DNA of 64,000 bases from an uncultured Fibrobacter sp. (GTDB lineage Bacteria > Fibrobacterota > Fibrobacteria > Fibrobacterales > Fibrobacteraceae): the NCBI GenBank assembly GCA_946539715.1, contig CAMNHR010000038.1, positions 14,873-78,872 on the forward strand. The letters are read 5' to 3'. A model generated the notes under the pieces. That model did not search any database. It saw nothing but the letters and a program-made list of their open reading frames with translations, and was not told the origin of the DNA. Of the stretch, positions 53,859 through 60,921 are shown piece after piece. The translations under genes and the position numbers were made by a program. Numbering within the stretch: position 1 is the stretch's first letter; each line of letters starts with the position of its first letter.

Positions 53859-55040
53859 TTACACTCCTTTCGCCGAATCGGACGGTGCGGCCGCCGCATT
53901 GATTGCCGCGACCAGGTCCACAATGATGTCATCCACTTTTTCGATACCTACAGACAAACGAATGAGTCCGTCGGTAATGCCCACCTTTTCGCGAATTTCC
54001 TTCGGAATAGAGGCGTGGGTCATCGTAGCCGGATGGCATACGAGGCTTTCGACGCCGCCCAGACTTTCAGCGAGAGAAATTAGCTGCAGGGCCTTGAAGA
54101 ATTTCTTGATGTCGTAGTTTTCGTAAAGTTCGAACGAAATCATGGCGCCGCCGTTCTTGGCCTGCTTCTTGTTGATTTCGTAGCCCTGAGCGTTCGGGAG
54201 CCCCGGATAGTACACGTGCTTTACGGCTTCATGCTGTTCCAAATAGCGGGCGATGCGTTCCGCGTTTTCGGTATGGCGATCCAGACGCACGCCAAGGGTC
54301 TTGATGCCGCGAATCAAGAGGAAGGAATCGAAGGGGCCGAGCACGGCGCCCACGGCATTCTGATTGAACGCAAGCTTTTCTGCAATCTCTTTGTTGTTCG
54401 TTACGGCGAGGCCTGCCACCACGTCGCTATGGCCGCCCAGGTACTTGGTCGCGGAATGCACCACGATGTCGGCGCCAAGTTCCAGCGGGCGCTGTAAATA
54501 AGGTGTCATGAAGGTGTTGTCGACAATGGTCAGAATTCCATGCTTCTTCGCAATCGCGGCTACCCCTGCCAAGTCCGTCACGGTCAGGAGCGGATTCGCC
54601 GGGCTTTCGATAAAGAAGGCCTTCACGTCGGGCGTCACCCTGGTATCGAGCGCCGCCAAGTCGGTAGTATCTTCGATAGAATAGGTAATGCCGAGGTTCT
54701 TGAAAACTTTGTCTAAAACGCGAAAGGTTCCGCCATATACATTGCTCGAAATAATGATGCGGTCGCCCTGCCTGAAAAGTGAAAGCACCGTAGAAGTTGC
54801 AGCCATGCCGCTACCAAAAGCAAAGCCTGCGACACCGCCTTCGAGGTCGGCAATCAATGCTTCGAGTGCTGCGCGCGTGGGGTTACCCGTGCGGGAGTAT
54901 TCCCAGCCGGTATTTTCGCCGAGACCCGCCTGCTTGTAGGTGGAAGTCTGGTAGATGGGCACGTTGACAGCACCTGTTACGCTATCGCCATCGATGCCGC
55001 CGTGAATGAGTTTCGTTTCGATATACTTGGAAGTTGACAT
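53859..55040 (-). CDS. trans-sulfuration PLP enzyme (cystathionine gamma-lyase/synthase, MccB/MetB-type)
   Basis: AVNVPIYQTSTY start and HSATKYLGGHSD PLP-lysine motif. Confidence 0.85.
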   Translation of the reverse strand: MSTSKYIETKLIHGGIDGDSVTGAVNVPIYQTSTYKQAGLGENTGWEYSRTGNPTRAALEALIADLEGGVAGFAFGSGMAATSTVLSLFRQGDRIIISSNVYGGTFRVLDKVFKNLGITYSIEDTTDLAALDTRVTPDVKAFFIESPANPLLTVTDLAGVAAIAKKHGILTIVDNTFMTPYLQRPLELGADIVVHSATKYLGGHSDVVAGLAVTNNKEIAEKLAFNQNAVGAVLGPFDSFLLIRGIKTLGVRLDRHTENAERIARYLEQHEAVKHVYYPGLPNAQGYEINKKQAKNGGAMISFELYENYDIKKFFKALQLISLAESLGGVESLVCHPATMTHASIPKEIREKVGITDGLIRLSVGIEKVDDIIVDLVAAINAAAAPSDSAKGV

Positions 55041-55271
55041 TTTGAAATTCCTTTAGCGCTTGTGTTGCCGCGCCGCGCATTGATGAAAGTTTGAATAAAA
55101 AAATCCCGCTCAGGAATTGTATCTGAGCGGGATCGTGTTTAGAGTCTTGTTAAACCAATAGCCTAAAAACTAGTCGCCCGCTCAACATCGACACACGCAA
55201 CACACGTTGCAGAATTTCTTTGAAAAGGCAGGTGAATTCATCGTGATTTTATTTCCTATAATCTTTGTAGG
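55041..55271 (-). promoter_or_regulatory. 231-nt 5' leader with terminator/antiterminator (attenuator or riboswitch; class not identified)
   Basis: Begins with the dyad CCTACAAAGATTATAGG. GAGCGGG occurs twice on the transcript (55183-55177 and in the terminator 3' arm), competing for CCCGCTC. Confidence 0.6.
55096..55133 (-). terminator. leader-internal intrinsic terminator
   Basis: Minus strand ATCCCGCTCAGatacaattcCTGAGCGGGAT followed by TTTTTTTAT, about 55 nt before the start codon. Confidence 0.8.
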
Positions 55272-55274
55272 GAT

Positions 55275-55303
55275 AATATAGGCAAAAAGTTTCTTGCTGT
55301 CAA
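55275..55303 (-). promoter_or_regulatory. sigma-70-like promoter (TTGACA-17 nt-TATATT)
   Basis: -35 at 55298-55303 and -10 at 55275-55280. Confidence 0.6.
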
Positions 55304-55506
55304 CCAAATTCGGGCTATTCGGTTATACTATTTTTCTTTGGCTAGTAATAGTTTTTTGCTATAACGCGACTAAATGACTAAATGATATTGCACTGTTTCC
55401 AAAAAAATTTCTAAGTGTAGCCGAGATGTAAATTTTCACTTTTTCCTCCGTACAAAAAAAAAGTGGAACTTTGTACAAAATAACCACTGAGGCTATTTCT
55501 GCTGCG

Positions 55507-55575
55507 AAATATAGAACTGGGTTTTATTGCTGTCCAATACTTAATTCTTATGCTAGATTGTTGATTTTTTCTATA
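55507..55575 (-). promoter_or_regulatory. 69-bp sulfur-operon promoter module, copy A (orphan)
   Basis: 55 of 69 positions identical to copy C when aligned without gaps; contains TTGGAC (-35) and TATATT (-10) on the minus strand. Confidence 0.7.
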
Positions 55576-55750
55576 TCATCGGGGGGGGGCTGGGCTTTAT
55601 GACTCCGCGGGTTTCTAGAACCTCAATTTCGCCTTTTCCGCTATTTTTGACGGTTTTTCCGAGCAAAATACCGCAACATTCACCTGGATAGGCAGCTTTT
55701 GCGGCCTCCTCCATTTGACAAGACGAGATTTTGTTCAGATTGATTTCCAT
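55571..55750 (-). pseudogene. truncated JAB/MPN-domain gene fragment (59 codons)
   Basis: MEINLNKISSCQMEEAAKAYPGECCGILLGK... keeps the E-containing N-terminal MPN segment but lacks the HxH..S..D part; ends in a C9 run; no RBS. Confidence 0.55.
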
Positions 55751-55806
55751 AAAAAAACGAAAAGAAGTGCCCCCGGGGCAGGATTTCGGTAAAACCCCAG
55801 GGGCAC
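55751..55806 (-). terminator. intrinsic terminator of the sulfur-carrier operon
   Basis: Minus strand GTGCCCCTGGGGttttaccgaaatcctgCCCCGGGGGCAC followed by TTCTTTTCGTTTTTTT. Confidence 0.75.
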
Positions 55807-55822
55807 CATTGTACGGAGCTCT

Positions 55823-56233
55823 TTAGCCGATTACGAGACCTTCGTTCGTGGCAATATCACCTTCAATGTGGAAAGAGTTCAGCACCGGATGTTCACGGTC
55901 CATGAGCGAAAGAATCAAGTAGCTCGCCCTGGAATCGTAGGCAAGACGCTTATCTTCTTCTGACGGGCGCGAAGGGGATTCCGGATGAGAATGCCAGTTA
56001 CCCAGCGGCGAAAGGCCGTTTGCACGCATGTCCTTGATGGCGGCAAGCTGTTCCTTGGGGTCCAGCGAAAAATGCTCGTTGGAATGGTCGATATTCGTGA
56101 GCAGGTAGACTTTCTCGATATGCTTGTCGCTACCTTCGATGCGCCCCGCAATCAGCCCGCAGGCCTCTTCGGGGAGGTTCTTTTCCGCATGCGCAAGGAT
56201 TTTTTCGTAGTTATCTTTTGAAATTGTAATCAT
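55823..56233 (-). CDS. JAB/MPN+ (JAMM) metalloprotease, HcyD/Mec-like
   Basis: EEACGLIAG (Glu) and GNWHSHPESPSRPSEED (HxH..S..D) motifs; GGAGAAAAA RBS before the ATG at 56233. Confidence 0.85.
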   Translation of the reverse strand: MITISKDNYEKILAHAEKNLPEEACGLIAGRIEGSDKHIEKVYLLTNIDHSNEHFSLDPKEQLAAIKDMRANGLSPLGNWHSHPESPSRPSEEDKRLAYDSRASYLILSLMDREHPVLNSFHIEGDIATNEGLVIG

Positions 56234-56245
56234 TTTTTCTCCAAT

Positions 56246-56270
56246 GTCATCCCCGACTTGACCGGGAATC
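56246..56270 (+). repeat. GTC-hairpin (REP-like) element, intercistronic
   Basis: GTCATCCCCGacttgacCGGGAATC. Confidence 0.65.
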
Positions 56271-56280
56271 TTTTTTAGGG

Positions 56281-56306
56281 GAGATGCCCGCCTACGCGGG
56301 CATGAC
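56281..56306 (-). repeat. GTC-hairpin (REP-like) element, intercistronic
   Basis: Minus strand GTCATGCCCGCgtagGCGGGCATCTC. Confidence 0.75.
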
Positions 56307-56315
56307 AACAAAGGT

Positions 56316-57125
56316 TTAGTGTTTCAAATCGCAGACTGCCTGCTCGTAGTCGATGAGCTGGGTGATGGTCGGGTGCGTGCCGCAAACAGCGCAGTCTTCG
56401 GTATGCGTCGGGAGTTTCACCTTGCGGAATTCCATGGTGAGCGCATTGTAGGTGAGCAGGTAGCCCGTAAGCAGGTTGCCCACGCCGAGAATGTACTTGA
56501 CCGCTTCCATCGCTTGCAGGCTACCGATAACGCCGCCCATGGCGCCAATCACGCCCGCCTGCTTGCAAGTAGGCACGGCATCTTTCGGAGGGGGTTCCTT
56601 GAATACGCAGCGGTAGCAGGGACCCTGGCCCGGAACATATGTCATGAGCTGTCCCTGGAAGCGGATGATTCCCGCATGGGAGAAAGGTTTCTTCGCCATC
56701 ACGCAAGCATCGTTGATGAGGAACTTTGCCGGGAAATTGTCCGTGCCGTCGATGATAAAATCGTAATCCTTGATGAGGTCGAGGATGTTGTCGCTGGTGA
56801 CGAAGGTGTGGTAGGTAATGACCTTCACATCGGGGTTCATTGCTTCCATCGTCTCTTTCGCGGACTGCACCTTGGGCTTGCCTACATCCTGCGTCGCATG
56901 GATAATCTGGCGCTGCAGATTGGAAAGGTCCACTACGTCGGCATCGGCAATACCGATGGTGCCCACGCCTGCTGCGGCAAGGTACATCGCCACGGGAGCA
57001 CCGAGGCCGCCTGCGCCAATCACAAGAACCTTTGCATTCAAAAGCTTCTTCTGGCCCTTCGCACCCACCTCTTTCAAGATGATGTGGCGGGAATAGCGCT
57101 CCAGCTGTTCGTTAGTAAATGCCAT
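56316..57125 (-). CDS. ThiF/MoeB/HesA-family E1-like adenylyltransferase
   Basis: GAGGLGAPVAMYLAAAGVG nucleotide loop; CYRC and CAVC zinc-site cysteines; 1-nt overlap (TAATG) with the carrier gene. Confidence 0.85.
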   Translation of the reverse strand: MAFTNEQLERYSRHIILKEVGAKGQKKLLNAKVLVIGAGGLGAPVAMYLAAAGVGTIGIADADVVDLSNLQRQIIHATQDVGKPKVQSAKETMEAMNPDVKVITYHTFVTSDNILDLIKDYDFIIDGTDNFPAKFLINDACVMAKKPFSHAGIIRFQGQLMTYVPGQGPCYRCVFKEPPPKDAVPTCKQAGVIGAMGGVIGSLQAMEAVKYILGVGNLLTGYLLTYNALTMEFRKVKLPTHTEDCAVCGTHPTITQLIDYEQAVCDLKH

Positions 57126-57331
57126 TAGCAGCCGCCTCCCATGAAGTAGAGGAACTCAACGCTGTCGCCGTCCTTGAGCACGGCCTTGTCAAACGTTCCG
57201 CCTTCCACAAATTCTTCGTTCACCGAAACCGTCACGTAAAGCGGGTTGTCAATCTTCTCGGCTTCAATCAGTTCTGCGACGGTGAGGCCGTCCTTGTATT
57301 CTTTCTTGTTTCCTGCAACAGTAATAAACAT
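57125..57331 (-). CDS. ThiS/MoaD-type sulfur-carrier protein with C-terminus ...FMGGGC
   Basis: 68 aa with a beta-grasp-like pattern; I re-translated the end as GAG TTC CTC TAC TTC ATG GGA GGC GGC TGC TAA. Confidence 0.8.
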   Translation of the reverse strand: MFITVAGNKKEYKDGLTVAELIEAEKIDNPLYVTVSVNEEFVEGGTFDKAVLKDGDSVEFLYFMGGGC

Positions 57332-57345
57332 TTTATACTCCTTGG

Positions 57346-57594
57346 TTAGTCTCCGACCTTCTTCACGATGAGCGTGAAGGTGCCGTCCTGGTTGTCGTCG
57401 AGTTTCAAGATTTCGTGTCCCTCTTCCTTGATGCTGCGCGGCACGTTCTGCACCGGTTCGCCGTCGTTCAGGCGGATAGAAAGGATTTGACCTTCTTCCA
57501 GCTCTTCAAGGGCAACCTTCGCTTTCACGAAAGTAGTCGGGCACACGACATCGGTAATGTCGATGGTATCGTCAATTTTGAATTCCTCAGCCAT
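57346..57594 (-). CDS. TusA/SirA-family sulfurtransferase-like protein
   Basis: DITDVVCPTTFVKAKVALEEL (active-site Cys context); GGAGG RBS; 8-nt overlap with the upstream gene. Confidence 0.7.
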   Translation of the reverse strand: MAEEFKIDDTIDITDVVCPTTFVKAKVALEELEEGQILSIRLNDGEPVQNVPRSIKEEGHEILKLDDNQDGTFTLIVKKVGD

Positions 57595-58447
57595 TGTAAA
57601 CCTCCGTAATTTTCTTCGCAAAGACGTCGCGGCCTATGCGATCAATGGTGTACTTGAAACGTTCACCGGGTTTCGCGTTCTCGGCAAAGAACGTGATGGC
57701 CGCATCGCAGATGTCCAGCAGCTTTTGCTTGTCTTCGATGAAGGGGATAATCGTTTCGCCCTTGTTGATGTTGTTGCCGAAAAGCCCGCCAAAGGAGACG
57801 ATATAGCCGTGGGTATCTTCCCAGGCGTCCGTGGGGCAAGACTTGTAGCAGCGACCGCAGAAGTTGCACTGCGATTCGTCGAAGATAACCTTCTTGTTTT
57901 CAACCTTGATGGCTCCCTTGCGGCAAGTCTTTGCGCAAAGCCCGCAGCCGATGCACTTGTCTTCGAGCCATTTGACCTTGATGGCACCCTTGATGCCCAC
58001 GTCGTTTTCTTCGGCCTTGAGGCAGTTGTTCTGGCAACCGGTCACGCCGAACTTGAACTTGTGCGGGAGCTCGCGTGCAAAATAACGGTCATCGAGTTCC
58101 TTTGCGAGCGCGTAGGTGTCAATGCATCCACTAGGGCAAACCGCTTCGCCCTGGCACGCCGTAATGGTACGCACGCGCGGTCCGCAAACGCCCGGTTCCA
58201 CGCCGCCTTCGGCCAAGGCCGCCTTCACATCTTCTACGTTTTCCAGCTTGATGAACGGAATTTCGACGCTCTGCCTGGAGGTCAAATGAGCGTAACCTTC
58301 GCCGTATTTTTCGGCGACTTCTGCGATTTTAGCGAGCTGTGTTGCAGTCAAATTGCCGCCCACCACGCGCACGCGCAGCGAGAAGTTGTTCTTCTGCTTC
58401 TGGCGCATCCAACCGCCCTTTTTAAGAGTTGCATAATCCGTTGCCAT
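57587..58447 (-). CDS. small sulfite/nitrite-reductase-like protein with inserted 2x[4Fe-4S] ferredoxin domain
   Basis: NIR_SIR ferredoxin-like half-domain (LRVRVVGGNLTATQL..TSRQSVEI); siroheme/FeS cysteines CQGEAVCPSGC...GCQNNC; CIGCGLCAKTC and CNFCGRCYKSCP. Confidence 0.7.
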   Translation of the reverse strand: MATDYATLKKGGWMRQKQKNNFSLRVRVVGGNLTATQLAKIAEVAEKYGEGYAHLTSRQSVEIPFIKLENVEDVKAALAEGGVEPGVCGPRVRTITACQGEAVCPSGCIDTYALAKELDDRYFARELPHKFKFGVTGCQNNCLKAEENDVGIKGAIKVKWLEDKCIGCGLCAKTCRKGAIKVENKKVIFDESQCNFCGRCYKSCPTDAWEDTHGYIVSFGGLFGNNINKGETIIPFIEDKQKLLDICDAAITFFAENAKPGERFKYTIDRIGRDVFAKKITEVYNG

Positions 58448-58467
58448 TTTTCTGTGTCTCCGTTATT

Positions 58468-58494
58468 GTCATGCCCGCGAAGGCGGGCATCTCC
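58468..58494 (+). repeat. GTC-hairpin (REP-like) element, intercistronic
   Basis: GTCATGCCCGCgaagGCGGGCATCTCC between the MetY-like stop and the Sir-like start. Confidence 0.8.
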
Positions 58495-58496
58495 GT

Positions 58497-59723
58497 TTAA
58501 ATCTTCTTTATTGCCTGTTCGAAATCTTCTTTCAAATCCTCGATGTCCTCAATCCCGATGCTCACGCGGATAGTCCCTTCGAAAACTCCCGCATGTTCCT
58601 TCTGTTCCTTGGAACTGTGCGTAAAGATGGTGCTTTCCGGGTGTATCACCAGCGTGCGGATATCGCCGATATTGGTGGCGATGGTGGCATACTTGAGCCC
58701 GTTAATCAGCTTGAACGCTCGTTCCTTCGTGCCCGCATCAATCGTGAGGATTGCGCCTCCCCTGCCACCAAGTTGCTTCTGCACCAGGTTGTAATAGGGG
58801 CTGCTTTTCAGGGCCGGATAGTTGACAGAAATGTCATCAAAACCCTGCAAAAAATCCGAGAGTTGCAGTGCATTGCTGCAAAGGCGATCCATGCGGAGTC
58901 CGAGTGTTTCAAGCCCGAGCGAATTGAGGAAAGATGTCTGGGGAGCAACGCAGCAGCCCACGTTACGCCAGATTCCGTTGCGCAGTTTCGCGATGTAGGC
59001 GAACTTGCCAAAACGCCTGTATTCTTCGAGGCCCTTGTAGCGGGTGTAATCCCAAGGGAAGTTCCCACTATCGACAATGAGGCCGCTAATCGCAGAACCG
59101 CTCCCGTTAATGTACTTCGAAGACGAATGCACCACGATATCCGCGCCGAAATCGAAGGGATGCACAAGATACGGAGTCGCCGTCGTGCTATCGACAATGA
59201 ACGGGACGCCGCCCTCGTGGGCAGCATCCGCGACGGCCTTCAGGTCAACGACATTCAGTTTCGGGTTCCCGATAAGTTCGGTAAATACCGCCTTTGTCTT
59301 TTCGTTCAGCTGTTCGCGGACACTTTCGGCGGTCACTTCGGTAACAAAGCGAGTCGTAATTCCGAACGCCTCCAGGTCGTGGAACAGGTCGATAGTGCCG
59401 CCAAAGAGCCCGGCACTCGCAATCACTTCGTCGCCCGCGTGCAAAATGTTCAAAAGCGAGATAGTCACCGCCGCCATGCCCGAAGAGCAGGCCACCGCGC
59501 CGATACCCTTCTCGAGTGATGCAATTCGGCGTTCAAAGGAATCGTTCGTGGGGTTCGCGATGCGCGTATATGCAAATCCCGGAGCCTTGTTGTTGAATAC
59601 GGCTTCGAGTTTTTCGGCGGAATCCTGCGAAAAGGCGCTCACCTGGTAAATGGGCGCAAGCGTAGAACCGCTACATCGGTCGCTACCGAAATTCTGGTGC
59701 AATAAAGTAGTATTGAAATCCAT
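58497..59723 (-). CDS. O-acetylhomoserine sulfhydrylase-like PLP enzyme (second, divergent MetY paralog)
   Basis: STLAPIYQVSAF start; PLP-lysine region HSSSKYINGSGS; first gene of the carrier operon. Confidence 0.8.
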   Translation of the reverse strand: MDFNTTLLHQNFGSDRCSGSTLAPIYQVSAFSQDSAEKLEAVFNNKAPGFAYTRIANPTNDSFERRIASLEKGIGAVACSSGMAAVTISLLNILHAGDEVIASAGLFGGTIDLFHDLEAFGITTRFVTEVTAESVREQLNEKTKAVFTELIGNPKLNVVDLKAVADAAHEGGVPFIVDSTTATPYLVHPFDFGADIVVHSSSKYINGSGSAISGLIVDSGNFPWDYTRYKGLEEYRRFGKFAYIAKLRNGIWRNVGCCVAPQTSFLNSLGLETLGLRMDRLCSNALQLSDFLQGFDDISVNYPALKSSPYYNLVQKQLGGRGGAILTIDAGTKERAFKLINGLKYATIATNIGDIRTLVIHPESTIFTHSSKEQKEHAGVFEGTIRVSIGIEDIEDLKEDFEQAIKKI

Positions 59724-59757
59724 TCAGAATGTCTCCGTACAATTTCCGTCCGCAGCC

Positions 59758-59826
59758 AAATATAGAACGGGATTTCACCCCCGTCCAATACTTATTTTTT
59801 ATGCGGAATTATCAGTTTTTTTTATA
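59758..59826 (-). promoter_or_regulatory. 69-bp sulfur-operon promoter module, copy B
   Basis: 60 of 69 positions identical to copy C; -10 at 59759-59764 and -35 at 59783-59788; followed by TTGTACGGAGA and the ATG. Confidence 0.7.
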
Positions 59827-59845
59827 GCGAAACCGCATCCGTTCG

Positions 59846-60904
59846 TTAAATCACCACCACAGGATCGCGTAGGGACTTGTTTTCGAGCAGGGTCGCGGTG
59901 TCGCCCTGGGTCACGAACATGCGGTAGATAAACACGTCCACGGCTTCGCCTACATCGATTCTCGGCTGGTCGAAAGACCGGCGGGCCGTAAGCAAGACCC
60001 CGTTCACGCGGACGCGCAGTTCGATACCGTAGCCGCGGAAATCCACTTCTTCCACAACGCCTTCTTCAGCGGAACTCTTGTATTTCTGCACTTCGTTTTT
60101 CTTGGTGACCTTCACGAATTCTGGGCGCACAATCGCATTCTCCGCATTTTCAAGGATGTCAAAACGACGGAAATTACTATAGTCCTTGAAAATGCTGGGC
60201 TGCCCGAAGAACGATGCCGTAAAGGCGGTTTTCGGGTTGCTGTAAACCTCGTACGGCGTGCCCACCTGCTCGATGCGGCCCCTGTTCGTGATGATGATTT
60301 CGTCGGCCACTTCGATGGCTTCGTCCTGGTCGTGGGTCACAAAGATGCTGGTGACGCCGAGTTTCTGGATCATGCCCTTAAGCCAGCTGCGCAGTTCCTG
60401 GCGCACCTTCGCGTCAATTGCGGCAAAGGGTTCGTCAAGCAAGAGCAATTGCGGGTTGGGTGCAAGCGCACGGGCAAAGGCTACACGCTGGCGCTGCCCG
60501 CCCGAAAGCTCACTGGGGTAACGTTTTTCAAGGCCCGAAAGTCCCACCAGTTCCAAGAGTTCGTGGACGCGTTCCTTGATTTCATTCGCGGGCTTCTTCG
60601 CAATCTTGAGACCAAAAGCGATATTGTCGAAGACAGTCATGTAGCGGAACAGGGCGTAACTCTGGAATACGAAACCGATACCGCGCTTGCTTGCGGGCAC
60701 ATTGTTGATGACCTTCCCGTTGATAATGATTTCGCCGCTGTCCGGGTTCTCGAGCCCCGCAATCATGCGGAGAATCGTCGTCTTGCCCGAACCGCTCGGG
60801 CCCAGAAGGCCAATCAGCTTGCCTTTCTCGATGCCGACAGTTACATCGTCCGAGGCCTTGAAATTTCCGAAATGCTTGTTGATATGTTTGAGTTCGACGT
60901 ACAT
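59846..60904 (-). CDS. cysA: sulfate/thiosulfate ABC transporter ATP-binding protein
   Basis: GPSGSGKTT, LSGGQRQR and LLLDEPF motifs; C-terminal TOBE-like domain; GGAGAT RBS before the ATG at 60904. Confidence 0.85.
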   Translation of the reverse strand: MYVELKHINKHFGNFKASDDVTVGIEKGKLIGLLGPSGSGKTTILRMIAGLENPDSGEIIINGKVINNVPASKRGIGFVFQSYALFRYMTVFDNIAFGLKIAKKPANEIKERVHELLELVGLSGLEKRYPSELSGGQRQRVAFARALAPNPQLLLLDEPFAAIDAKVRQELRSWLKGMIQKLGVTSIFVTHDQDEAIEVADEIIITNRGRIEQVGTPYEVYSNPKTAFTASFFGQPSIFKDYSNFRRFDILENAENAIVRPEFVKVTKKNEVQKYKSSAEEGVVEEVDFRGYGIELRVRVNGVLLTARRSFDQPRIDVGEAVDVFIYRMFVTQGDTATLLENKSLRDPVVVI

Positions 60905-60921
60905 AAAATCTCCTTCCAAGG

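Noticed and set aside
55581-55589. G9/C9 homopolymer as a phase-variation switch for the JAB fragment
   Set aside because: Reading with one C more or one C less runs into stop codons within 2-11 codons. No tract length restores a full-length MPN protein, so the ORF is a dead fragment.
55823-57331. ThiS-like, E1-like and JAB trio as a ubiquitin-like anti-phage system (Bil/CBASS-Cap2/Cap3-type)
   Set aside because: There is no E2-like or effector gene. The trio is embedded in one operon with a sulfate transporter, a sulfite-reductase-like protein, TusA and a MetY-like enzyme, so a sulfur-carrier role is the economical reading.
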